A stretch of 30,663 bases of DNA, taken from the NCBI GenBank assembly GCA_038108555.1, contig JAYNIA010000033.1:1-30663 (forward strand). The letters run 5' to 3'. Source of the DNA: Nitrospinota bacterium (GTDB lineage: Bacteria; Nitrospinota; Nitrospinia; Nitrospinales; VA-1). This document shows, one piece after another, positions 19,973 through 29,426 of this stretch (positions are counted from its first letter, which is position 1; every line of letters starts with the position of its first letter). A model generated the notes under the pieces. It saw only the letters and a program-made list of their open reading frames with translations. It did no database searches and had not been told where the DNA came from. A program made the position numbers and the translations under genes.

Positions 19973-20428
19973 ATGAATAACACAAAATTGAGTTCTCTTG
20001 CCAAAGACCTTGACAAAGAACCTCCCAGCAGCCCTCGGGCCATGCTGGGAGGGTATGTCATCCTGGCTCGCTGTGTGGACAAATGCCGATCTTTCCTTGC
20101 AGGAAAGAATGGAGAATATAATTACTGGCCCTGTTCCCTTTGCGAAGAATTAGAAGCTTTTTCCGGAGTGGACCATGAGCAAATGAAAGATTTTATTGCA
20201 ACGGGAGCTACTGATGAAGAAGTAGCCGCATGGTTCAACGATCATTCCAAAGTCAAAAATAGAATGGAAAAGATAAATTGGAACAACAAAATGCGGGATA
20301 TGCGTATCAGTGAAATGCCGGACAAATCCCAGGAGTTCCTGGAAAAATATATTCAGGAGAATTTGCCCAGCCATCCTCCGGTATATGTCTGGTTTGATGT
20401 TTTCGATATTGAAGAAAAAAGAATATAA
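19973..20428 (+). CDS. DUF5069-like protein
   Basis: DL...PP.SPR..LGG...LAR..DKCR...G..GEY.Y pattern; ends FD.EE.R. Confidence 0.75.
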   Translation: MNNTKLSSLAKDLDKEPPSSPRAMLGGYVILARCVDKCRSFLAGKNGEYNYWPCSLCEELEAFSGVDHEQMKDFIATGATDEEVAAWFNDHSKVKNRMEKINWNNKMRDMRISEMPDKSQEFLEKYIQENLPSHPPVYVWFDVFDIEEKRI

Positions 20429-20521
20429 CGTTTTGATGATCTCAATTTCCCCTGTCTGAAAATTTCACTTATAATCAAACAGGTAGTTTATTAAACCTAT
20501 CTTGAAATTAGGGGAAATTGC

Positions 20522-20953
20522 ATGAACGACATCACTACAGAGCCTCCTGGGAAAGACCCTTCAAAGAAGGGGCTAGGCTGGGTTTCTCTGGGAGCAGGAC
20601 TTGCCGGACTCAGCGTTATGCTGGGTGCTTTTGGGGCCCACTCACTAAAGTCCCGCTTAACTGAAAAGAAACTTGCCACCTTCCATACAGCGACCGACTA
20701 TCTCGGCTACCATGCCTTGGGATTGATTGCCATTGGCCTCCTCATTTATTTCTTATCTGGTGAAGCCGCTAACAAATTAAAACGATCCGCAATCTGGATT
20801 ACTGTGGGTATCGTTTTCTTTTGCGGCAGTCTTTATGGGCTGGTGTTTGATGGACCCCGCTTTTTAGGTCCCATCACCCCATTAGGGGGACTCAGCTTTA
20901 TGATAGGCTGGTTCACCCTGGCATTTACTTTATTAAAAGTAAGGAAAGAATAA
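20522..20953 (+). CDS. DUF423 (YgdD/TMEM256) membrane protein
   Basis: GAFGAH, YH ALG, FCGSLY, GPITPLGG...GW. Confidence 0.92.
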   Translation: MNDITTEPPGKDPSKKGLGWVSLGAGLAGLSVMLGAFGAHSLKSRLTEKKLATFHTATDYLGYHALGLIAIGLLIYFLSGEAANKLKRSAIWITVGIVFFCGSLYGLVFDGPRFLGPITPLGGLSFMIGWFTLAFTLLKVRKE

Positions 20954-20981
20954 AAAAAGCCCCGGACTTGCCCAGGGCTTA
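20952..20981. terminator. Probable terminator between convergent genes
   Basis: A7-GCCC CGG ACTTG CCCA GGGCTT hairpin; the U-tract is on the minus strand. Confidence 0.6.
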
Positions 20982-20997
20982 ATAATGCATTCTTTTT

Positions 20998-21990
20998 TTA
21001 AGGAAGATCGGGGTAAGTCACCAGGATAGGTTCTCCATCGAGAGCTTTTAAAAACTCTACCAGATCTTTTTTCTCCTTTCCTGTCAATCCAAGTGGCGTG
21101 ATGAATGGACTCAGGTTTTCCTTAACATCCCCCCCACGGTCATAGAACTCGATCACTTCTTCCAATGTAGCTTCCGTTCCATTATGCATATAAGGTGCGG
21201 ATTGACTGATGCTACGCAAACCCGGAGTTTTAAAAGCACCTTTATCAAAGTCATCTTTGGTTTGATTATATCGCCCCAGATCCACCTTCAGTGGACCTGC
21301 GGCTTTAACACCAATATTATGGAATCCGCTATCGGTAAAAACCGGACCGTTGTGACAAATGGAACATTTGGCTTTTCCAAAAAACAGATTCATTCCATTG
21401 ACAGCTGATGCTGACATGGCCGACTTGTCCCCCGCCCAGTATTTATCATAGGGAGCATTTTTTGACACAACAGATCGTTCAAAAGTTGCAATCGCCTTGG
21501 CAATATTATCGAGGGTTAAAGAGTTTTTCCCAAAGACCTTCGCAAATCGTTTTACGTAACCGGGAATGGCTTTAAGCTCGCGAATCAGTTCATCATAGTC
21601 CTGGTTCATTTCCACGGCAGCTCCAATGGGACCTTTTGCCTGATCTTCAAGAGACTTTTTACGTCCGTCCCACATCTGAACCTCAAAGTATCCACTATTA
21701 ATGACAGTGGGAGCATGGCGTCCCAATTCCTTCTGCCCATCGCCAATCGTGCGTGGCAGGCCGTCTCCCCAGCCCAATCCTGGGTTGTGGCAAGTGGCAC
21801 AACTGATCCAGTTACTGCCGGACAAACGGGGATCAAAATAGAGCATCTTTCCCAACTCTTCTTTCTCTTTCGACCACTTATTATCCGATGGATGCTTCAT
21901 CTCTGGAACAGGTTCATAAAAAGAATCCCCTGCCCACGCCGACCATGAAGTAACAACAACGAAGATAATTGAAATAATCAGATTTTGCAT
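20998..21990 (-). CDS. Diheme bCcP/MauG-superfamily enzyme
   Basis: LYFDPRLS, CATCH, MWDGR, CSICH, FKTPGLR, PYMHNG...VIEFY. Start re-assigned to MQNL (21990), 6 nt after AGGAGG, giving a clean signal peptide. Confidence 0.92.
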   Translation of the reverse strand: MQNLIISIIFVVVTSWSAWAGDSFYEPVPEMKHPSDNKWSKEKEELGKMLYFDPRLSGSNWISCATCHNPGLGWGDGLPRTIGDGQKELGRHAPTVINSGYFEVQMWDGRKKSLEDQAKGPIGAAVEMNQDYDELIRELKAIPGYVKRFAKVFGKNSLTLDNIAKAIATFERSVVSKNAPYDKYWAGDKSAMSASAVNGMNLFFGKAKCSICHNGPVFTDSGFHNIGVKAAGPLKVDLGRYNQTKDDFDKGAFKTPGLRSISQSAPYMHNGTEATLEEVIEFYDRGGDVKENLSPFITPLGLTGKEKKDLVEFLKALDGEPILVTYPDLP

Positions 21991-22006
21991 TGGCATCCTC
22001 CTTTTT

Positions 22007-22468
22007 TTAATGACAATTTTCCAATCCCCTTTTTTGCAGATACTTTTGATGATAATCCTCTGCAATAAAGTATTTTGAGGCCGGGGTTATTTCCGTAACG
22101 ATAGGACTTGGAAATCGGTTTGCATTTTTTTCCTTGGAGTTATTAGCTGCAGCCTCCTGTTCTTTGTCCTGAAAAAAAATTGCCGACCGGTATTGGGTTC
22201 CTATGTCGGGGCCCTGTCTATTCAGAGTCGTAGGATCGTGACAGCCCCAGAAAACGTCCAGGAGCTCTTCGTAAGAAACAGCAGAGGGATCAAACTCGAC
22301 CCAAACCACTTCGGCGTGACCGGTCCTTCCGGTGCAAACCTGTTCATAGGTCGGGTTGTCTTTAGAACCTCCTGTATAACCCACAGACGTTGCCGTTACC
22401 CCTTTCACCCTGCCAAAAGCAACCTCGACTCCCCAAAAACATCCTGCTCCGAAAACTGCGACTGCCAT
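22007..22468 (-). CDS. msrA: Peptide methionine sulfoxide reductase A
   Basis: GCFWG, GHAEVV, DPTTLNRQG.D.GTQYRS, AEDYHQKY. Confidence 0.97.
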   Translation of the reverse strand: MAVAVFGAGCFWGVEVAFGRVKGVTATSVGYTGGSKDNPTYEQVCTGRTGHAEVVWVEFDPSAVSYEELLDVFWGCHDPTTLNRQGPDIGTQYRSAIFFQDKEQEAAANNSKEKNANRFPSPIVTEITPASKYFIAEDYHQKYLQKRGLENCH

Positions 22469-22480
22469 AATTCCTCCAAT

Positions 22481-22759
22481 CTAGCTTCGGCTGGTAATTT
22501 CAATAAGATGGTAACCAAATTGAGTTTTAACCGGCCCATGAACTTTTCCCACCTCGTCATTGAAAACTACGGTGTCAAACTCAGGAACCATTTGACCGGG
22601 ACTGAACTCACCCAAGGCTCCACCATCATTTCCCGATGGGCATTCTGAATGCTTTTTTGCCAAATCTGCAAAATCAGCACCCCCTTCAATTTGATTCTTT
22701 AAATCCACACACGCCTCTTCAGTCTTTACCAGAATATGTCGGGCACTTGCTCTAGCCAT
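22481..22759 (-). CDS. ppiC: Parvulin peptidyl-prolyl isomerase
   Basis: ARHILV, HSECPS, GGALGEF, MVPEFD, KTQFGYHLI; 92 aa. Confidence 0.95.
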   Translation of the reverse strand: MARASARHILVKTEEACVDLKNQIEGGADFADLAKKHSECPSGNDGGALGEFSPGQMVPEFDTVVFNDEVGKVHGPVKTQFGYHLIEITSRS

Positions 22760-23570
22760 CAGTGTTTCCTTTCTTCGCTGAGTGATAAAACCTAAAATAT
22801 AATCCTGTCAATATTAAAGCCATCACTGTCAAAACAGTGAAATGCGGTAGATATCTGCCAGAAAACCAGGAGGGGGAAAATTGAATAACCCCATCTATCT
22901 CCCCGGAATAATGCTTTAACATTTGTCCATATTCTACCATCAGCCTTACAGGAAAACGATCTTCATCCAAATTGACTCCTCTTTGGACCTTAACTTCAAA
23001 ACTTTTCCTGGCATTCCCTCTCAGGGTGAAACCCATTATTCCACCAAAATTTTCAGCAACCATTCCCGGCGGCAATAACAGCATCATTCGAATATTTTTT
23101 AAAGAATCGGACTGATTGTTTAGAAAAATTTTTAACACAGATGATTCAGCCCCCCCTGAAGATTCAATACTTCCTCCAATTTGAGACACCAAAGGCTCTT
23201 TAAAGTAGAAGGAGTCTGAATGAAGAATCGTTTTTTCATTCCCTCCTTCCAGGTGGGATTTGTATTTCACCATCGCCGAAATGGGGTAAGTTCCCACTCG
23301 AGATACAGGAGGATGCTTGTCATTTTCGAGAGTTAATTTTTGTCCCGGGCCAAGTTCCCTTATTGCAGTCATCATGGACATGGAGTGGTGAAAATGAAAC
23401 ATGGGGTGAATATGAAAAACAAAATCCGACCCGGTATTTTCAATAGTCAAAGCTAAAAAAACCTTGCCATTATCGCTTACGCTACTATCTATGGAAAGCT
23501 TAAGAGGCTGGCTCCACGTCATATTTGGAAAAATCAATAGCACCAGCAATATAGAAAGAAGTCGTACCAT
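22752..23570 (-). CDS. Exported, C-terminally anchored beta-rich protein with a His/Met-rich motif
   Basis: Likely start MVRLL (23570; ORF extends to 23606), signal peptide, two apparent beta-sandwich repeats (IENTG..LGPGQ; LNNQS..LRGNA), HIHPMFHFHHSMSMM, C-terminal TM. Overlaps the ppiC start. Confidence 0.75.
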   Translation of the reverse strand: MVRLLSILLVLLIFPNMTWSQPLKLSIDSSVSDNGKVFLALTIENTGSDFVFHIHPMFHFHHSMSMMTAIRELGPGQKLTLENDKHPPVSRVGTYPISAMVKYKSHLEGGNEKTILHSDSFYFKEPLVSQIGGSIESSGGAESSVLKIFLNNQSDSLKNIRMMLLLPPGMVAENFGGIMGFTLRGNARKSFEVKVQRGVNLDEDRFPVRLMVEYGQMLKHYSGEIDGVIQFSPSWFSGRYLPHFTVLTVMALILTGLYFRFYHSAKKGNTDG

Positions 23571-23719
23571 AATGGCCTTTTTTCCGGTCGAATAATTGCT
23601 ATCCATTTTAAATCAATTGCCCAACCAGAACAATAAAATGCTTCCTTATATTAATAGGACTTGTCTGGTAAAAGTTGTTATTATTGAAGTAACAGTTGAA
23701 ACTTTTTGGGAGAAGCGTT

Positions 23720-24475
23720 ATGGATGCCCTTTTGACCATTGTCATATTAATTGCACTCCTCTTATTCAGCACTTTCAAGGTTTTAAGAGAATATGAGCGA
23801 GGAGTTGTTTTCCTTTTGGGGAGATTCTGGAAAGTAAAAGGCCCGGGAATTATTATCGTCGTCCCGGTAATTCAAAAAATGGTCAAAGTCAGCTTGCGAA
23901 CCGTGGTCATGGACGTCCCTCCCCAGGACATCATCACCAAAGACAATGTTACGGTTAAGGTGAATGCGGTTATCTACTTTCGGGTGGTCGATTCCCAAAA
24001 AGCTATCATTGAAGTCGAAGATTATTTATACGCGACATCCCAACTGGCACAAACCACACTGAGAAGCATACTGGGACAAAGTAATCTTGATGACTTGTTA
24101 TCAAATCGCGAGGAAATCAATTCTCATTTACAAAAAGTAATAGACGAGCAAACAGAACCATGGGGGGTCAAGGTTGCAAATGTGGAAGTGAAAAATGTGG
24201 ACCTTCCGCAGGAAATGCAAAGAGCCCTTGCCAAACAAGCGGAAGCAGAACGTGAAAGACGCGCAAAGGTAATCAATGCCCAGGGAGAATTTGAAGCGGC
24301 GCAAAAAACCTGTGACGCAGCCGACCTGATAGGAGCTCATCCACCGGCTTTGCAATTACGGTTTTTCCAAACTCTTCTTGATCTTTCCAGTAACGATGGG
24401 GCCAACACCTACATCCCTATCCCTCTGGAATTGTTTGAAACTTTTAGGAATAAAGGAGGAGAGAAGAATTCCTGA
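23720..24475 (+). CDS. SPFH/stomatin-like (slipin) protein
   Basis: [40 protein letters not shown] at 23720 follows a GGGAG RBS. Confidence 0.93.
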   Translation: MDALLTIVILIALLLFSTFKVLREYERGVVFLLGRFWKVKGPGIIIVVPVIQKMVKVSLRTVVMDVPPQDIITKDNVTVKVNAVIYFRVVDSQKAIIEVEDYLYATSQLAQTTLRSILGQSNLDDLLSNREEINSHLQKVIDEQTEPWGVKVANVEVKNVDLPQEMQRALAKQAEAERERRAKVINAQGEFEAAQKTCDAADLIGAHPPALQLRFFQTLLDLSSNDGANTYIPIPLELFETFRNKGGEKNS

Positions 24476-24536
24476 AAAAGAATTAATCCCCCTATAGAAA
24501 AAAAGCTTTGACCCTGGTTTAAGAACAAAAATTGAT

Positions 24537-27500
24537 ATGGATGACTTCTCCCAAATAAATCAATTCCTTTCCCTAATCCAGAAAAACTGGAACCGGATAC
24601 GGTTTGCCCTGGGAGCTTATTTCACAGCAACCCTCCTCGCCGGAATGGCGATAGTAGTTGCCCTCTTCTATTATTTTGCCCAAACCAAAGCGGGATACAT
24701 TATTCCCGTCCTTTTGTTATTGGTGCTGGGGAAATTTCTCTATTCCATCATAAGGACCGATTCATTAAAAAAAATCGACAGGGACGAGGCAGCACTTCTC
24801 ACTGAAAAAAAATATCCCGAATTAAACAATTCTCTTATCAATTCGGCACAGTTAGGTTCTTTCATCAACGACCCTGAAAAAGAAAAACTGTTCTCTTCAG
24901 TAATGATTCGTGAGCTTCTGGCACGAACCCGGAAACAAATTGCTGAACTGGATGCCCATGAAGTCCTGGAGAAGAGCAAAACAATACCCGCTCGCAATTT
25001 ATTCCTGACTACCCTTGCAGTTGGATTGGCAATTATTTTTGCGTTTCCAAATTTCTTGCAAACGGTTTTAACAAATAGCAAAGGCACCCCGATTGCCTCC
25101 CAAATCAAATTACCGGAAAAGGAAACCTCAGAAACTAAAGTTGCGCACAAAAAACATGATTTCAAAATTACAGAACTGGGACTGACACTTAATTATCCCT
25201 CCTACACACAATTACCTTCCCGGGTAATAAACCCTTCGGATGGAAAAGTAAATACGTATCCGGGAACAGAAGTAATCATAGAGGGCAAGACAGATGAAGT
25301 TTTTCAGGAAGCAACTTTAGTGGTTAACGCAAAAGATTCCATTTTGATGGAATCTCAGCCCCCTTTGTCTCTAACCGGTTCTTTTATGGTTCGTGAAAAA
25401 GGGTTTTACCAATTCAAGCTCAAAGATCCGTCGGGCTCCCAAGTGCTGCTTCCGCAAAAATACCCCATTGAACTGGAACAGGACAAGGCACCGCGCATTG
25501 TACTATTCCCGGCAAATCCGAAACCGGTTTATTACGACTCAGATAAAATCCAGATGTTTTATGAAGGGAGCGATGATTTCGGAATTGAAAGCATTCAATT
25601 GATTGCTCAAATTGGTGAAGATTCCATACAGAAAAAGATAAAAACCCTCAAAGACAATGAAAAAGAAACCCAAGGAAGATTTTCCTGGAATCTTGCCCTG
25701 GAATCATTAAAACCGGGACAGGAAGTTCAATACTATCTTGAAATAAAAGATAACGACAACATTTCAGGACCCAACAAAGGCCAGTCGGAGATGATCCGAT
25801 TTACCGTTTTTGATTCGAGAGAGGAAAGGGAAAACCTTGTCCGTCTTCAGGATGAACTTACAGAAAAAATGATTGCCCTGCTTGCAAGCGGACTGGTCGA
25901 AGACAATATCCTCAAAACAACAACCAAAGATGTTCTTTACGGAAAAAAACTACTGGCTGCCAATTCCGACGCCCTAATCGAAATCATCGGTCTGGCACAA
26001 CATATTAAAAACCAAGCCATAGAATTTGGAAATTTTCCACAAGCCTATTTGACTTTATTAAGCAATATCATTTCCGGATTAAAGGAAATTCGCCAGGAAA
26101 AAATCGAGACACTGAACAAAATACAGGGAACTTTAATGAAACCCACCCCCGTGGGCTACAACCTTTTCTCCATTGAGATTTTAAATGATCGGATGGTAAC
26201 TCATTTAGAGCGCGACATCCTTTACCTTATAAAGATCACAAACCGACAAAAGATGGATCAGGTAATGGACCTGGAAGACCAATTGTCCGAACTGACGGAA
26301 ACCCTACAGGAAGAATTTGAAAAGATAAAAAATAAAAAATCACCCCTGAACTCCAATCAATTGAAATCCAAGCTAAATCAGATTCAACAAACCCTGAAGC
26401 AGCTTTTGGACAAGCTATCCCAGCAAAACCAGGCTCTACCCGATGAGTTTTTAAATTCAAAATCTTTTGAAAGCATGAACCTCAAGGACATGATGAGCTC
26501 AATAGAGAAAATACAAGAGCTTGCAAATCAGGGAAAAATAGATGAAGCCATGGAAGAGCTTAAAAAAATGGCTGAGGAAATGAGAAACTTTGCTGAGCAG
26601 CTAAATCAAACAGAAGAATCCATGGAAGAAATGGTAGACACAGAAATGATGGAACAGCTGGATCAGTCCATGAGAGACCTGGAAAGACTCGAAAAGAAAC
26701 AACAAAGGATCATCAATGGCACTTCAGAAATAAATCAAAAACTTAGAAAACAACAGGCCAAAAAATTCGAATCCCTTGTTAAGAAATTTTTCGATGAATT
26801 GAAAAAGGATGTAGAGTCCATTCGTACTATCCTGAGTGATGATAAAAAATATCTCAATGAACACGAAGCCATGAAAAAAACCGGCGAGCTTCTTGAAAAG
26901 CAGTCTGTCCTCAGCCAGGAAATCCAATCACTAAGCCAGAAGACGATAGATTCGAGCCTTAAAGATGACCTTGCGGATAATTTTAAGGAACTTAATGACC
27001 GCCGACGTGAGCTCTCGCAAACTTTAATGGAAATTGCGAGCCTTAGAACCCAGAGTTACCAGGATTTTAAAGAAAAATTGCCAGAGCTGCAGAAAAAATA
27101 CGACTCCCTAAAAGAACTGGCGGATTTAAATGATTTGAATGAATTCAATTTGCTTTTCAAAAACACTTATCCCGAGGTCTTTCGCTGGCAAGGAAATATG
27201 AGAGCCTCCAGGAGCTCACTGGAAGGTATCGGTGAGAAAATGAGTGAAGACTTAAGGCAAGTGGCTCGGTTGAATGCTGAGATTTCAAAAAAACTGGGTT
27301 CGCTCAAACGTTCCATAGAATCCAGCAACGAATCACTTCTTTCAGAAGAAGAAAAAAACACACTTAGAAAGCTGGCAGAACAGGAAAAAAAGATTCGAGG
27401 GAAAACAGATGGGATGCAAAAGCAATTTCAAGAAATGAACCAAAAGAATCCACTACTCCCCCCCAACCTTGCGCAAAACATGCAAATGGCCGGGCAAAAC

Positions 27501-27863
27501 CTGAAGCGGGCTGAATCGAGATTGAACCAAAACCAGATTCAAAAAAGTTTGGAATCGGAAAGCAAAGCAATGAAGTCGATTCAGGATACCCGGAAGATGT
27601 TAAAGGAAATGCAAAACTCAGGCACTCAAATGTCAAGACGGGGCAAACCCAGAAACCAGCTTCGCCTTGGAACCGGAAATCGCAGGGATTCCCGCCGGGG
27701 TGGTGCGGTGAGGATGCAAAAAGAGAAAGTCCTCTTGCCTTCTGAAGACCAATACAAGGTCCCAAGCGAATTTCGTGAAGAAATTCTGGATGCTATGAAA
27801 AGGGAAACTCCAAAAAATTACGAGCAGTTGGTTACGGAGTACTACAAGGAGTTAGTGCAATGA
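24537..27863 (+). CDS. DUF4175-like large membrane protein (3 TMs, Ig-like domains, long coiled coil)
   Basis: PELNNSLINS, YPSYT, SDDFGI, DND.ISGP, C-terminal P..Y...V..YY..L motif. Confidence 0.75.
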   Translation: MDDFSQINQFLSLIQKNWNRIRFALGAYFTATLLAGMAIVVALFYYFAQTKAGYIIPVLLLLVLGKFLYSIIRTDSLKKIDRDEAALLTEKKYPELNNSLINSAQLGSFINDPEKEKLFSSVMIRELLARTRKQIAELDAHEVLEKSKTIPARNLFLTTLAVGLAIIFAFPNFLQTVLTNSKGTPIASQIKLPEKETSETKVAHKKHDFKITELGLTLNYPSYTQLPSRVINPSDGKVNTYPGTEVIIEGKTDEVFQEATLVVNAKDSILMESQPPLSLTGSFMVREKGFYQFKLKDPSGSQVLLPQKYPIELEQDKAPRIVLFPANPKPVYYDSDKIQMFYEGSDDFGIESIQLIAQIGEDSIQKKIKTLKDNEKETQGRFSWNLALESLKPGQEVQYYLEIKDNDNISGPNKGQSEMIRFTVFDSREERENLVRLQDELTEKMIALLASGLVEDNILKTTTKDVLYGKKLLAANSDALIEIIGLAQHIKNQAIEFGNFPQAYLTLLSNIISGLKEIRQEKIETLNKIQGTLMKPTPVGYNLFSIEILNDRMVTHLERDILYLIKITNRQKMDQVMDLEDQLSELTETLQEEFEKIKNKKSPLNSNQLKSKLNQIQQTLKQLLDKLSQQNQALPDEFLNSKSFESMNLKDMMSSIEKIQELANQGKIDEAMEELKKMAEEMRNFAEQLNQTEESMEEMVDTEMMEQLDQSMRDLERLEKKQQRIINGTSEINQKLRKQQAKKFESLVKKFFDELKKDVESIRTILSDDKKYLNEHEAMKKTGELLEKQSVLSQEIQSLSQKTIDSSLKDDLADNFKELNDRRRELSQTLMEIASLRTQSYQDFKEKLPELQKKYDSLKELADLNDLNEFNLLFKNTYPEVFRWQGNMRASRSSLEGIGEKMSEDLRQVARLNAEISKKLGSLKRSIESSNESLLSEEEKNTLRKLAEQEKKIRGKTDGMQKQFQEMNQKNPLLPPNLAQNMQMAGQNLKRAESRLNQNQIQKSLESESKAMKSIQDTRKMLKEMQNSGTQMSRRGKPRNQLRLGTGNRRDSRRGGAVRMQKEKVLLPSEDQYKVPSEFREEILDAMKRETPKNYEQLVTEYYKELVQ

Positions 27864-29416
27864 TGAATATAATGAAAACAGTCATTGTCCTGCTTTTATT
27901 GTTTCTTACTCCCGGCATTTCCTTGTCGGAACCCACACTTACCCAGAAAGTATTGATTGGCTATGAACTTGCACAAGATTGGGATTTGAAGGCTGCGGAA
28001 AAACTCTCAAACAAGCTTCTCAAGGAATATCCAAAATCCGGCGATGCCCATTTCCTAAGCGCACGAATTGAATTTCTTAAAGGCAATTATGAACGCTCAT
28101 GGGAAATTTTAAAAAGAGTGGGCGATAATTTTAAGGAAATCGAAGATTTTAAAAAACGGGTTGATGCAACCCGCAAAGCCGCAAAAAATTTCGTATCCTT
28201 TGAAACAGATCACTTCCTAATTCGTTACGAAGAAGGACCGGATGAGGTCCTGCTCCATTACGCGCAGGAAGTTTTGGAAAAATCCTACCAGGTCCTGGGA
28301 GATATTATTGGGTATTACCCTGAAGAAAAAGTCCTCGTTGAGATTTATCCCGACCGCCAACCGTTTTCTAAGATATCCCCACTAACCCTGAAAGACATCC
28401 TCACCTCGGGGACGGTTGCTCTTTGCAAATACAACCGGGTCATGTTGATTTCTCCAGGCTCACTGGTTCGCGGTTATAACTGGATGGACACCATAAGCCA
28501 TGAATATGTTCATTATCTTCTCACTAAAAAAAGCCGCAATCGACTGCCCTTATGGATGCATGAAGGGATCGCAAAACTACTGGAATCAAGATGGCGAGGT
28601 CAAACCAGTTATATGACTCCCATTATGCAAACCATACTTTCCGGCGCACTTAAAAACGATTACCGGGTACCGTTGGAAGATATGATGCCCTCCCTTGCAA
28701 AATTAAAAACGCAAAAAGACGTGCAATTGGCGTATGCGGAAGTCTCCACTATGATGGAATACCTTGTAGAAACAAGAGGCATTGAAACCCTTCCCAAACT
28801 GTTGGAAGACCTTGCAGCGGGAAAAAAGTTTGAAGAAAGCTTTATCGGTAGAGCGGGGTCCGATATCCCGGGGTTTCAAAATAAATGGGAATCCTGGGCC
28901 AAAAAGAAAGAATTGAAATACATCCCGGGCATCGCTCCTCTAACCAGGGAGTTCAAAACAAAAAATCCTTTAGAACCTGAAAAAGATTATAAAGGGATGA
29001 GCACAGAACGGGCGCAGGACCTGACTTTTTTGGGGGACATACTAAAATCAAGAGACCATTATTCCGCAGCAATCCTTGAATACCTTAAAGCAAAAAAAGA
29101 GTCTACAACCCATTCACCAATATTATTCAACAAGATTGCCAGCACATATATTCAAACCCGGAAGTACGATGAAGCCGAGCAATTCCTGAAAGAGAGCCTG
29201 GAGTTTTATTCGGATTTCCACACCACCCTTGCAAATCTGGGCGATCTGTATTTTATTAGTGAAAGATACGACTCAGCACAAAAATATCTTGAAGAAGCGG
29301 TACGCATCAACCCATTCAATCCTTACATTCATGTAAAATTGATAGAACTTTACGACCGCCTGAATATGCCCGAAAAAAAGAAATTACAAACCCAGTTGTT
29401 CAAATTTATTAATTGA
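27860..29416 (+). CDS. Secreted TPR protein with a peptidase MA-like (gluzincin) domain
   Basis: Signal peptide, N-terminal TPR, HEYVH plus downstream PLWMHEGIA, C-terminal TPRs. Confidence 0.85.
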   Translation: MMNIMKTVIVLLLLFLTPGISLSEPTLTQKVLIGYELAQDWDLKAAEKLSNKLLKEYPKSGDAHFLSARIEFLKGNYERSWEILKRVGDNFKEIEDFKKRVDATRKAAKNFVSFETDHFLIRYEEGPDEVLLHYAQEVLEKSYQVLGDIIGYYPEEKVLVEIYPDRQPFSKISPLTLKDILTSGTVALCKYNRVMLISPGSLVRGYNWMDTISHEYVHYLLTKKSRNRLPLWMHEGIAKLLESRWRGQTSYMTPIMQTILSGALKNDYRVPLEDMMPSLAKLKTQKDVQLAYAEVSTMMEYLVETRGIETLPKLLEDLAAGKKFEESFIGRAGSDIPGFQNKWESWAKKKELKYIPGIAPLTREFKTKNPLEPEKDYKGMSTERAQDLTFLGDILKSRDHYSAAILEYLKAKKESTTHSPILFNKIASTYIQTRKYDEAEQFLKESLEFYSDFHTTLANLGDLYFISERYDSAQKYLEEAVRINPFNPYIHVKLIELYDRLNMPEKKKLQTQLFKFIN

Positions 29417-29426
29417 GGTTGATTGA

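Noticed and set aside
21991..22065. N-terminal extension of the 355-aa peroxidase ORF
   Set aside because: Overlaps msrA; the RBS and signal peptide support a start at 21990.
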